This document shows, piece after piece, positions 53,260-62,455 of a DNA stretch of 64,000 bases. Both the position numbers and the translations under genes were made by a program. The stretch's first letter is position 1; each line of letters starts with the position of its first letter. The notes beneath the pieces were generated by a model. It did no database searches. It saw only the letters and a program-made list of their open reading frames with translations, and had not been told where the DNA came from. The stretch covers positions 1 to 64,000 of the IMG/VR virus record IMGVR_UViG_3300046003_007892. One strand, given 5' to 3'.

Positions 53260-53314
53260 TTTGCTTGACAAGTATTCCGGCCGGGTTCATATAGAGCCAA
53301 CACGGAGGGCCACC

Positions 53315-53596
53315 ATGACTGACCGCAACGAACTCGGAATCTTCGACGCATCTTCTGCGCCGGAGGACAACTCGGTCTTCTATGCGCTCGTCGATGACGG
53401 CAAAGTCTGGGGGCCGCTGACCTACTGGTCGGAAGGAACCTGGAACGCGCGCGCCTTCCCCGACCACCCGACCATGTTCGCCGACGATGAGGGCCACGGT
53501 ATCGACGCCGGGTCGTTCGTCGGCTGGGCTCCCACGCTGGTGGAAGTCGAACAGGCAAAAATCCTCTACGACCGTGCCACCGGAGAAGTCCAATGA
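53315..53596 (+). CDS. Small hypothetical protein
   Basis: GGAGGG SD; TTGACA promoter at 53265. Confidence 0.6.
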   Translation: MTDRNELGIFDASSAPEDNSVFYALVDDGKVWGPLTYWSEGTWNARAFPDHPTMFADDEGHGIDAGSFVGWAPTLVEVEQAKILYDRATGEVQ

Positions 53597-53802
53597 CCCC
53601 GTTCGTGTCCCAGTATGGCGAGCCCCATCCCCGCGCCTCGACGTGGCACTGGCAGGAGATCGAAGGCGGACAGGCGACCGGCAACGGCGGGACCGTTCGG
53701 GGCTCGACCGAGATGGAAGCCCTCGACCGCTTGCGCGAAGAATATCCCGGCATCGGTGCCATCAAGTGGGTGAAGCGGGTCGCTGCTCCCCCGGAGAACT
53801 AG
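53593..53802 (+). CDS. Small hypothetical protein
   Basis: ATGA coupling. Confidence 0.55.
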   Translation: MTPFVSQYGEPHPRASTWHWQEIEGGQATGNGGTVRGSTEMEALDRLREEYPGIGAIKWVKRVAAPPEN

Positions 53803-54852
53803 ATGTTCGTTAAGCCCAAGATCGGTTTCCTGCTCGGCAAGTTCTTGCCGCCCCACAACGGGCACAAGTTCCTGTGCGAGTTCGCCCGCCAGTATTGTGA
53901 CCATCTCGTCATCCTCGTCGCCACCCTTCCGAGCGAGCCCATTCCTGGCCGCCTCCGCTACGAGTGGATGAAGGAGATGTTCCCCGACTGCACGGTCGTG
54001 TGGACCAACGAAGTCCTCCCGCAGGAACCGAAGAACGACCGCGATGGTCAGTTTTGGGAAACGTGGAAGCAGGAAATCGCCAAGGCCATGCGGGCGCACG
54101 CCCGCACGTTCAACGACGGCATGGGCATCGGCGGCTTGCCGTGGAAATGGCCCGACGTCGTGTTCGCCTCCGAAGACTACGGCCACAAGCTCGCGGCATC
54201 GGTCGGTGCCCGGTTCGTCCCCTGCGACATCGTCCGTCAGGCTGTCCCGATCTCGGGCACGCGTGTGCGGGCCAACCCGGAACTGGAATGGGAGTTCCTC
54301 CCGGACGTCGTCCGCCCCTACTTCGTCAAGCGCGCGGTGGTGTTCGGGCCGGAGAGCACGGGCAAGTCAACCCTGGCCGCAGAACTCGCCGCGCACTTCA
54401 AGACTACCCTGGTTCCCGAATACGGCCGGACCTACACCGAGGCGTTCGGCTCCGACGTTGGACCCGAAGACCTCAAGAACATCGTAGCCGGACACGTCGC
54501 CAGTGTGGCGGCTGCCAAGCGGCAGTGCAAAACCCGCGTCCTGATTGAAGACACCGACCCCGTCATGACCGCCGTGTGGTCCGACATGCTGGTCGGCGAA
54601 CGGGACCCGTGGTTCTCCGAGTATCGCGACCACGCCGACATCTATCTGTTGTGTGACGTCGATATCCCGTGGGTCAATGACGGCACTCGCTATTTCGAGA
54701 ACGATGAAGATCGCCGAAGATTTTTCGCCATCTGTGAAAAAGAACTTCAAGATCGTCGCGTTCCCTATGTTGTCATTCGGGGCGATAGAAAAGAACGACT
54801 GCGTCTTGCCATCGACGCCGTGCAGGGGTTATATGGTGCACCGATAATCTGA
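53803..54852 (+). CDS. nadR: NadR-type NMN adenylyltransferase / ribosylnicotinamide kinase (no HTH)
   Basis: GKFLPPHNGH; GPESTGKSTLA; VPEYGR; DTD; DIPWVNDG.R. Confidence 0.92.
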   Translation: MFVKPKIGFLLGKFLPPHNGHKFLCEFARQYCDHLVILVATLPSEPIPGRLRYEWMKEMFPDCTVVWTNEVLPQEPKNDRDGQFWETWKQEIAKAMRAHARTFNDGMGIGGLPWKWPDVVFASEDYGHKLAASVGARFVPCDIVRQAVPISGTRVRANPELEWEFLPDVVRPYFVKRAVVFGPESTGKSTLAAELAAHFKTTLVPEYGRTYTEAFGSDVGPEDLKNIVAGHVASVAAAKRQCKTRVLIEDTDPVMTAVWSDMLVGERDPWFSEYRDHADIYLLCDVDIPWVNDGTRYFENDEDRRRFFAICEKELQDRRVPYVVIRGDRKERLRLAIDAVQGLYGAPII

Positions 54853-54862
54853 CGGGCACCCG

Positions 54863-55177
54863 ATGTCGATCTCTGCGCCTCCTATCCGGTTCTGGAAACC
54901 AATCTCGACGGCCCCCCGTCTACCGCGTTCGCCCGGCCACGGCTTCGGGCCCCTGATTGGACTGTTCGTCCCCTACAACCCAGCCCGTTTCTCCCAGGAG
55001 AAATGCTGGGACGTCGGGTACTGGTGCGAACACCACAAATGCTTCCGCTTCACTGGTGACGATGGCCCCAATGACATGCAGCCCACGCACTGGTGCGAAA
55101 TCGATTTTCCTGCAATTGCCCCAGAGGACTATGCCGGGCAGGGTGTATTGGCCACCGGGGGCCAAGATGGGTTGTGA
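54863..55177 (+). CDS. DUF551-like small protein
   Basis: WKPISTAP...PTHW. Confidence 0.6.
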   Translation: MSISAPPIRFWKPISTAPRLPRSPGHGFGPLIGLFVPYNPARFSQEKCWDVGYWCEHHKCFRFTGDDGPNDMQPTHWCEIDFPAIAPEDYAGQGVLATGGQDGL

Positions 55178-55715
55178 TATCCACGCCTTCATCGAGAGGC
55201 AGATGCCTGACGGGTCATGGACGACCCAGTTCAAGATCGACGGCATCACGTTCGATGATTACATCGAGCGCAAGATCGCAGACGGGACCGCCCAGACCGT
55301 GACCGGGACGTCAGACGATGATGAGGCCCGCGCCCGCTTCCGCGCCATGCTAGAGGCGATGGACCCAGATGAGGCGGTGGCCAAACTGGGTGATCAAATC
55401 AAGCCAAACTTCGTGATGCCTGAACCTTTTGAATGGCGCCACTATGCGTTCTTCTACGCCATTGCGGGCGTGCGGGGTCGCGGGGGTCCGCAGTTCTGGG
55501 AGCCCCGAGGCGTGCCCCCCGACGTGTCCGTCGAGACCGCCGACTATATCGAAAGCTGGAACGCAGATGGTCACACCCATAGCTGGCAGATGCTGTCCGA
55601 ACTCCTGGCCGAGCCCGGCATGAAAGAGTTCGAAGCCTATTATGCCGCCTTCGAGGAGATCGCCTCCAAGGTGGACCCGACCTGCACCCGCCTCGTTTAT
55701 TTCTTCGACAACTAA
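55167..55715 (+). CDS. Conserved phage protein (MGCDIH...FFDN)
   Basis: MGCDIH start, AGVR, HTHSW, LVYFFDN end. Confidence 0.75.
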   Translation: MGCDIHAFIERQMPDGSWTTQFKIDGITFDDYIERKIADGTAQTVTGTSDDDEARARFRAMLEAMDPDEAVAKLGDQIKPNFVMPEPFEWRHYAFFYAIAGVRGRGGPQFWEPRGVPPDVSVETADYIESWNADGHTHSWQMLSELLAEPGMKEFEAYYAAFEEIASKVDPTCTRLVYFFDN

Positions 55716-55724
55716 GAGGGCCCC

Positions 55725-56285
55725 ATGGGCTGCGACATCCATATTGCTTTCGAGATCAAGCGCGAGAAGGGGTGGGAACCCCTGCTGCCCGTCATCATTG
55801 AAGACATGTGGGATTTCATCGACGAAAAAATCGCCGATGGAACCGCCCATACCCTGACCGGCACATCGGACGATGACGAGGCCCTTGAGCGATTCAAGGC
55901 CTATCTGAAATCCATGCCTCCCGAAGAAAAGCTGGAGAAGTTCGCCTACCACGAAAAAGTCCGCCTCAGTTTCGGATGTGGGTACGACCTTCGTGGACGC
56001 GACTACGAGTTCTTCACCAGTATCGCGGGGGTGCGGTCCTATAACGAAGACCACAAAATCATTTGGCAGCCTCGTGGCGTCCCGGATGACGTCTCGCCTC
56101 TTGTGAAAAAAGAAATCGATTACTACGACTGTGATGGACACTCGCACAGTTGGCAGATGCTGTCCGAACTCCTCAATGAGCCCAGGATAGCTGCGCGACA
56201 TCCTCACAAAATGAAACCCTTGCTGGAAATCGCCAAGATGGGAGACCCGGAGAAAATCCGCATGGTCTACTATTTCGACAACTAA
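55725..56285 (+). CDS. Tandem paralog of previous gene
   Basis: MGCDIH...AGVR...HSHSW...MVYYFDN. Confidence 0.75.
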   Translation: MGCDIHIAFEIKREKGWEPLLPVIIEDMWDFIDEKIADGTAHTLTGTSDDDEALERFKAYLKSMPPEEKLEKFAYHEKVRLSFGCGYDLRGRDYEFFTSIAGVRSYNEDHKIIWQPRGVPDDVSPLVKKEIDYYDCDGHSHSWQMLSELLNEPRIAARHPHKMKPLLEIAKMGDPEKIRMVYYFDN

Positions 56286-56354
56286 ACGGGGGCGGGAAAT
56301 TAATTGCTTGACAACACACTTCTCTGTGTTCTAATGCCCAAGAAGGAGAAGTAA

Positions 56355-56894
56355 ATGTTTGTCAAGGCCAATGAACTAGCCGCCGTCCTCAACGAGTCCG
56401 AAACCGGCAAGATGAGCGTGGGGGTCTACACCGACACCATGTCCGCCGCCGCGCTGGGCAAGCTGCTCGACGCCGAGGTCGTGGATACGGATTCGTTCCA
56501 GCCCCGCGACGGAAGGCTGGTCATCGACTGCACCGATGCCGTCACCGACGACATGGACCGCAAGCGGGAAATCTATGCCGCCATCGACCGAGCCGCGCTC
56601 TACAGCGGGGTCTGCACGGCGGTGTTCGCCTTCAGGCAAAGCTACGATCTCGGTGCCGCCTCGAACCGCATCATCAACTTCACGATGCGGCGCAGGGGAC
56701 GGCCGAGCCGGGTTGACCCCGAGAAAGTCATCAACGCCCTTCGGGGGACCACTCCTGGCCCGCTCGTGCTCGCCAACATCGAACGTGGCGCCATGACCGT
56801 GGTGGGCAAGGAGTTCGGCCTGACCCGCGCCCGCGTCTCCCAGATCGTTCAGGACTACGTCGCGTCCCAGCCGAAGCCCCGGAAGGCCAAGTGA
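56355..56894 (+). CDS. Protein with C-terminal sigma-r4-like HTH
   Basis: MTVVGKEFGLTRARVSQIV. Confidence 0.65.
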   Translation: MFVKANELAAVLNESETGKMSVGVYTDTMSAAALGKLLDAEVVDTDSFQPRDGRLVIDCTDAVTDDMDRKREIYAAIDRAALYSGVCTAVFAFRQSYDLGAASNRIINFTMRRRGRPSRVDPEKVINALRGTTPGPLVLANIERGAMTVVGKEFGLTRARVSQIVQDYVASQPKPRKAK

Positions 56895-57058
56895 TGCGGC
56901 GCCTGAATCCCACCCATATACGAAACGAAACGCTCCGAAGGGCCGGGACCATCAACACCGTCATGACTGGCGTCTACCTTAGCGGCGCCGGTCATGGCTT
57001 CGTTTGCGGCGTGATCGCCACCCTGGCGGTCGTCGGCATCGTTGCGCTCATTTTCTGA
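56894..57058 (+). CDS. Small membrane protein (54 aa)
   Basis: TGATG coupling at both ends; hydrophobic C-terminus. Confidence 0.5.
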   Translation: MRRLNPTHIRNETLRRAGTINTVMTGVYLSGAGHGFVCGVIATLAVVGIVALIF

Positions 57059-57702
57059 TGGGCGGCGCAGTAAAGGTCGCCTTTCGGCTCCACGACGGCA
57101 CGGTCACGGCTGACACCCGGTGGACGAACGCGGTCCCCCACAAGCTCACGGACCCAATGTTAGTGGCCGACGACGCAGAATACTTGCGCGAATACGCGTA
57201 TGCGGAATCCGACTATCGGAGCAACGGTGAGGACGTTACGGTCTCACCGACCGGATACGGTCTGATCGTCGTCGATGCCATCACGCACACCATTTACAGC
57301 GGCAACGGCTACTGCACGCCGGGTGAGCACAACGCCTCGACGATCATGAGAAATACCCGGCAGGACCCAGAAGCGTTCAAGCTCTGGGACCAGATGATGC
57401 GCGAAGGCCGCCTGTCGGTCTATCGTTTCTTGAGCGGCGGCGTGCGCGAACCCTATCCGGGCTTCGCGGCCGATTCGCCCCTCACCGTCACAGAAGAGGC
57501 CCGTTCCATCTACCATTTCGAGGAGCGGGCGAACGAGTACACCACGGTCGTCATCAGCCTCGCGCCATGGACGGTGCGGCGGTTTAGCATGACGCCCGAT
57601 CTCGAAATGCTCAATGCCCTCGTCGAGGGGGGCTTCCCCCTGACAGACCTGGACCGGCTGGCGTGGAATCACTGGTTCCGCGACCAAGAAAACGAAAACT
57701 AA
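57058..57702 (+). CDS. Hypothetical protein
   Basis: TGATG start MGGAVKVAFR. Confidence 0.65.
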   Translation: MGGAVKVAFRLHDGTVTADTRWTNAVPHKLTDPMLVADDAEYLREYAYAESDYRSNGEDVTVSPTGYGLIVVDAITHTIYSGNGYCTPGEHNASTIMRNTRQDPEAFKLWDQMMREGRLSVYRFLSGGVREPYPGFAADSPLTVTEEARSIYHFEERANEYTTVVISLAPWTVRRFSMTPDLEMLNALVEGGFPLTDLDRLAWNHWFRDQENEN

Positions 57703-57713
57703 AGGGACCACCC

Positions 57714-58868
57714 ATGGCGACCAAGACACCGTCGAAAAAATCTTTGATGATTCCGAACTCGCAGTGGCGGGTGATGGAGGACGTCGAAATCCGGCACTGG
57801 GCTGAGCCGGGCGGGAGCAATGGGATGGGTTCGGCGAAATCGCGTGCCGTGAAAGTCCTGACAGCGACCATTCCGGCAGGCACGGTCCTGACCGTGATCG
57901 GCAAGTTCACGGCCTTCAGCATTCTCGGCGAGGGCATCACCTTCCCGGCCCAGACCACCGACGCGCTCATCAAGCACGACTTCGGAGCCCTCCGGGATGA
58001 GTTCAACTACAGCGTCGGTGCCCCCGGCTACCGCTTTCATCCCCGCTACCAGGGCATCCAGCTATGGCCGGAGACCGACGACAAGGGCGTCACCTACATC
58101 GAACTCCCCTACGCGGAACTCGCCCCCTATCTGGAACAGGTCGGCGAGCCCGAGCGTCAAACCTTCTGGGTCATTCGCGACGCGGCCACGGGCGAATACT
58201 ATCGCACGACGCGCTGGCTCGGCTACATGACCGACGCCAAGACGAACTGCACCATCAACGTCACGCCGGGCTGGAAGCCCCGTCAGGGCTATCCCTACGA
58301 GATGGAGAAGACGACCGGCAAGGCCAAGAAGCACACCGATCTCGGCAAGATCAAGACGACGATCATGAACTTCACCGGCTATTTCGCCGGGCTGGACCGC
58401 GTCGAGACCAAGGACTGGTTGGAGCGCGACCGTACATCGTCCGGCGACGACACGTGGCCGTTCATCGATACCCTCGAAGCCGTCCAGATCGACAAGATGA
58501 CCAAGGAAGAAATCCAGGTCATCCCGTTGGCTCCGTGGCGCGAACGCAGCCTACGCCTCCGTCGCCTGACGGCCGAGTTCGGCTCCAGTGTCCGCAAGGT
58601 CTTCGACGATCTGGACAAGAAAGGCGTGCTGGCCGACTTCCCCTACATGATCGCCTTCAGGAACCCGAAGGGCTTCACTGACGTCCAGGTCGCCGACATC
58701 GAGGCAGCGGTGAAGACGAGCGGTATCAAGGGCAAGAAAGCCAAGGACGTGAACAGCTACGCCATCGCGGCCAAGTCGTTCTCGCCCGTGCTCGCCACCG
58801 CGCTGTCCAGTCAGGGAATCGAGGGAAAGATCATCTCGACCTCGACCCTCGAAGAAGCCACCGCGTAA
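57714..58868 (+). CDS. Hypothetical protein
   Basis: Strong GC3 codon bias, SD. Confidence 0.75.
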   Translation: MATKTPSKKSLMIPNSQWRVMEDVEIRHWAEPGGSNGMGSAKSRAVKVLTATIPAGTVLTVIGKFTAFSILGEGITFPAQTTDALIKHDFGALRDEFNYSVGAPGYRFHPRYQGIQLWPETDDKGVTYIELPYAELAPYLEQVGEPERQTFWVIRDAATGEYYRTTRWLGYMTDAKTNCTINVTPGWKPRQGYPYEMEKTTGKAKKHTDLGKIKTTIMNFTGYFAGLDRVETKDWLERDRTSSGDDTWPFIDTLEAVQIDKMTKEEIQVIPLAPWRERSLRLRRLTAEFGSSVRKVFDDLDKKGVLADFPYMIAFRNPKGFTDVQVADIEAAVKTSGIKGKKAKDVNSYAIAAKSFSPVLATALSSQGIEGKIISTSTLEEATA

Positions 58869-58904
58869 TTTGACAGCAGCCCAGACTGGAAGCCACAATA
58901 GCGA

Positions 58905-59315
58905 ATGGTCTACGTGATCTTCTTCGCCCTTGTGGTCGCCGGTCTGGGCTCGCTCATCTGCGCAGTCATGGCCGCTTACTATCTTGTGAAGATCGCAGCG
59001 ATGTCGGGCGAAGAGGTCCAGGTCGCCTATGATAACGGTGCCCGCTGGCCGCATCAGTGGATTCGCTACGTGGGCACTCCCCTCTATCAGGAGGGGCGGA
59101 AGAAAAAGATTTCGCGAATGATGGCCCGCAAGCGCATCGCCCGCATCGGCATCGACCGCTACGGGAAGAAGATCATCCTCATGGAGACCTTGAAGGCGAT
59201 GGAGGGGCGGCTGGAAGCCTCAGGGAAGCCCGCTGAGCCCATTCGCGTGGATTTGCCTCCCGTGGGCCCACCCGAGCACTATTACGGCGTCTGGCGGCTC
59301 GACAAGGGCCTCTAG
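58905..59315 (+). CDS. Membrane-anchored protein
   Basis: N-terminal hydrophobic helix; TTGACA promoter near 58870. Confidence 0.65.
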   Translation: MVYVIFFALVVAGLGSLICAVMAAYYLVKIAAMSGEEVQVAYDNGARWPHQWIRYVGTPLYQEGRKKKISRMMARKRIARIGIDRYGKKIILMETLKAMEGRLEASGKPAEPIRVDLPPVGPPEHYYGVWRLDKGL

Positions 59316-60292
59316 GAGGACTTCTGGGGCCCCGGCCAGTTGTCGTGGCGGATGATGTCCTGGAACTCTCCGTAGATGGGAACCACCGAGTCCGCGATCA
59401 GAGGCGAGTCCATGCTCTCCGGGATGGTCAGCATCGCGGTGAAGTGTTTGATATCTTCGGGATGGCGGCGGGTCAGGGCCTCGATCTCGTTCCGGGCCCA
59501 ACGCTGCTTCCAGCCCAACCGTTCGGCATTGACCCAGGTCGTCAACCGAATGGACACCGCTTCGCCCTTGATCGCGAACGGATTATCGACCGGGATGTCG
59601 ATCACGTTCGTCCCGGAGCGGTCGCTGATGACCCGAACCCGCATGCCGGATTCCCAGGTGTCGTGGGTGGACATGTAGTTGCCCAGGAGGAGGCCGTCGC
59701 GGAACGGCATCATGCAGCCGAAGTCCCCGCGCTTCTGGCTCACGAACGCGAACAGGGGGACGAGCATGAGGAGTTCAGGCAGACCTCCCATCAGGCACTG
59801 AACTGGCTTGCTCTCGCAGGCGCCGCGCTCAATCAGGCGTTCCAGCACATGCTTGGCGAAGGTGAGGTTGCACGAGATGTCGTCGATGACGACGCGGTGG
59901 CGGTCGCAGATGAGCCGCATGTATCGGACCTCAACGATGTCCTCGTCGAACTCCCGTTCATCCTCCATCGACTTCAGCTTGTGGGTGGTGGCCGACAGAT
60001 AGAAGAAGCCGTCAACGTCCGACAGCACGCCTTCGAAGCCCGCGACACGAACCCGTGTGTGATGCGTCGAGACCACGTTGAGGGTTTCGGCGACGCGGGC
60101 GATCAACTGCCGCCGAACCTTTTCGACTGTGGTCTTCGAGAGCTTGGGATGCTTGTCGAACAGGGGCCACGTCAGTTCCTGCATGAGCTTGGCGACTGCG
60201 AAGCGACCATCCTTCCGCGCCGTCGCGTTGTCCTTGCGACGGAGGTTCCGAAGTTCGTCCCTCACGTATCCAATTGTCAGGCGATCAGGCAT
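59312..60292 (-). CDS. Hypothetical protein
   Basis: TTGACA-N17-TAACCA (60299-60327) 6 nt before ATG. Confidence 0.75.
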   Translation of the reverse strand: MPDRLTIGYVRDELRNLRRKDNATARKDGRFAVAKLMQELTWPLFDKHPKLSKTTVEKVRRQLIARVAETLNVVSTHHTRVRVAGFEGVLSDVDGFFYLSATTHKLKSMEDEREFDEDIVEVRYMRLICDRHRVVIDDISCNLTFAKHVLERLIERGACESKPVQCLMGGLPELLMLVPLFAFVSQKRGDFGCMMPFRDGLLLGNYMSTHDTWESGMRVRVISDRSGTNVIDIPVDNPFAIKGEAVSIRLTTWVNAERLGWKQRWARNEIEALTRRHPEDIKHFTAMLTIPESMDSPLIADSVVPIYGEFQDIIRHDNWPGPQKSS

Positions 60293-60323
60293 CCATACTG
60301 GTTAAGGATGCCCGATCTCCTTG

Positions 60324-61022
60324 TCAAGCAATTTGAGCCCTGGGTTTATTTTTTGAACCCTTCTTGGGACCGGTAGTGCTGAACGGCGTGGTGGTGATTT
60401 TCTCCATCGACCAACCTTTCTTAAGCCGAACAGAGAATGCGGCCGGGCTGCATCCTAGCTCGCGCGCCCACGCGGCTTGCGTCAGGTTCTTCCCGTCATA
60501 TTCGATGCTTTTCGATGGACCGAGGGGCCGCCCCTGCTTGCTCTTGGGTTTGTTCAAGGCTTCCTCAATCGACCAGCCGCGCAGGAGACGATTCGGTATG
60601 GTGCCGCGATTGAAGCCCTTGGTCTTGCCCCACTGGGTCCTGTTCAGGGTCTCGTCATCGACCGTGATCATGTTCGCGCTCTTGCGAAGTCTCTGAACGC
60701 GTTCTGGGCTCTCACCGAGTGGCGTGGTGATTGCCTCCTCGGTCGTCCATCCGCGCCCCAACCGGGAACGAATAACCTCGCCGCCGATGCCGTAGCGGTC
60801 GCCCCAGTTGGGCGTTGACATCGTCTCGCCGTTGAATGTCAGAAGGCTTGTGGCGTGCCAGGGGTCATGGATGAGGGAGTCGGGACGGAACAGGCGATCT
60901 CCCCGCATGCCGCGCCGCCAACGGATATACAGGGTGTGGCGGTGGATGCCGGTTTCGCGAGCCCACTCGGAGAGGCCTTGCGTTTTGCCCTCGTGGGCAA
61001 CGAGGATTTTCAATGCGGGCAC
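60324..61022 (-). CDS. Protein of four tandem HNH-associated DNA-binding repeats, no nuclease domain
   Basis: Repeats of (Y/F/H)xGxTxxLxxWAxxxG...RLxxGWSxExA. Confidence 0.7.
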   Translation of the reverse strand: MPALKILVAHEGKTQGLSEWARETGIHRHTLYIRWRRGMRGDRLFRPDSLIHDPWHATSLLTFNGETMSTPNWGDRYGIGGEVIRSRLGRGWTTEEAITTPLGESPERVQRLRKSANMITVDDETLNRTQWGKTKGFNRGTIPNRLLRGWSIEEALNKPKSKQGRPLGPSKSIEYDGKNLTQAAWARELGCSPAAFSVRLKKGWSMEKITTTPFSTTGPKKGSKNKPRAQIA

Positions 61023-61043
61023 TCAATATCTCCAAAAAATAAC

Positions 61044-61066
61044 ACCCTCCGGGCATAGCCCGGAAG
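61044..61066 (-). terminator. Hairpin/terminator after nadE
   Basis: CCTTCCGGGC-TAT-GCCCGGAGG followed by GTGTTATTTTT. Confidence 0.5.
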
Positions 61067-61097
61067 GTATCATTTCGTCTACCAAAAAATGGATGAC

Positions 61098-62126
61098 TTA
61101 TCGAGCCGAAGGCGGCACGAACAGACGGAGGTCGAGATCGTCGATAGCCTGAAGGCGCGGCATCATGGGGTGGTCGAAGTTGAGCGGGTTCTTGCGCTTG
61201 AACCAGCTTCCGCCGATGCGGCCGGTGACGTTATTGAAGATCGTCAAATCCTTCGAGTTGCCGAGCTTCAGGGCGGCGCGCAGACGAGCATCGTCCATCG
61301 GGCCGGTCGTGCTTTCGAGGACATCCTGAATGGCCAGGACCATCAGGTCCCATTCCAGATAGGTGGCGCCGAGTTGGGCTTCATCGCCACCCGCAAGAAC
61401 GGCCAGACCATCGGTCGGCGTCGCGCGCCACGTCGCTTCCGGCACGCCGAGACGACGAGCCAGCGCGGGGACTTCCCACGATTTCAGCAGCGACTGGATG
61501 GGGGCCACGTCGCCGACGTCGCCGTGCACGGTCCAGAACCCGGCAACGAGTTCCGACCAGTTGTCGGTCGAGGCCACGAAACCACGGAGCTTGCGGGCCC
61601 AGTTGTAGAGGGTGATCATCCGCAGACGGGCCCGGACGTTGCCGCGACGAACGCGGACTTCCTGGTCGGGGTCTTCCTCGTGGGCGAGATCGAAATCGCC
61701 GAGGCTCTTCAGCGTCGCGTCATAGAGTTCGGTGAGATCGACGTTCATGTGTTCGAGGCCGAGGGCCCGGCAGGTTTCGATGCCGCGTTCGGTTTCCTCG
61801 GGGTTCTGGTGGATGGGCAGCGTGAAGCCGATCACCCGGTATCCGGCACGTTTGAACAGCGCAGCGACAACGGCCGAATCGACGCCGCCCGACATGCCGA
61901 GCACGACGGTTTCGGTGCCGGTTTGGATGCGGTAGCCGGTCAGACGATGGACCAGCGAGTCCATGATGAAGGTGAGGCTGTGCTCTGGGAGGTAGCGACC
62001 CTTGACGATCTGCGCGTCCAGTTGGGCGGCGAACCAGGGGCTGAGGGTGTGGAGGTTATTTTGGCGGCTGAGATCGAGGATGTCAGCGCGGAGGGCGGCG
62101 TCAGCCACCGGTATTCTGAAGGTCAT
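61098..62126 (-). CDS. nadE: NH3-dependent NAD+ synthetase
   Basis: VLGMSGGVDSAVV, GNVRARLRM, STDNWSELVAGFWTVHGD; start 62126 or 62141. Confidence 0.9.
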   Translation of the reverse strand: MTFRIPVADAALRADILDLSRQNNLHTLSPWFAAQLDAQIVKGRYLPEHSLTFIMDSLVHRLTGYRIQTGTETVVLGMSGGVDSAVVAALFKRAGYRVIGFTLPIHQNPEETERGIETCRALGLEHMNVDLTELYDATLKSLGDFDLAHEEDPDQEVRVRRGNVRARLRMITLYNWARKLRGFVASTDNWSELVAGFWTVHGDVGDVAPIQSLLKSWEVPALARRLGVPEATWRATPTDGLAVLAGGDEAQLGATYLEWDLMVLAIQDVLESTTGPMDDARLRAALKLGNSKDLTIFNNVTGRIGGSWFKRKNPLNFDHPMMPRLQAIDDLDLRLFVPPSAR

Positions 62127-62196
62127 AACAAATCCTGCCATGTATGGCGGCGGTCGGGTCTATCCCAGTTGCCGTGCAAGCACTCTACGCCCGCCG

Positions 62197-62454
62197 TCAC
62201 GGCTTGACAATATCTTTGTTCAGTTTCAGCCGAAGTTTTGCTTCCTCGACCTCGCTGTCCAGCGTGAGGATGAGGAGGTGCTCGCAATCCGATTGGTACT
62301 CCTTTGCCCGCCTATAGGGTTTATTCATCCCCGAGGATGGTTTTGCTTCAATGGTGTAGTCGAACAGCACGCCGTCCAGCATGGTGAAGACCTCGGTGAC
62401 CTCTTTTAGGTCGTCGCACCAGAACCGATGAATGAAACGCTGTGAGTGCTGCAT
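62197..62454 (-). CDS. Small hypothetical protein
   Basis: ends LDSEVEEAKLRLKL. Confidence 0.55.
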   Translation of the reverse strand: MQHSQRFIHRFWCDDLKEVTEVFTMLDGVLFDYTIEAKPSSGMNKPYRRAKEYQSDCEHLLILTLDSEVEEAKLRLKLNKDIVKP

Positions 62455-62455
62455 C

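Noticed and set aside
59345-62207. Plus-strand ORFs 59345-60376 and 61089-62207
   Set aside because: Shadows of minus-strand genes including nadE.
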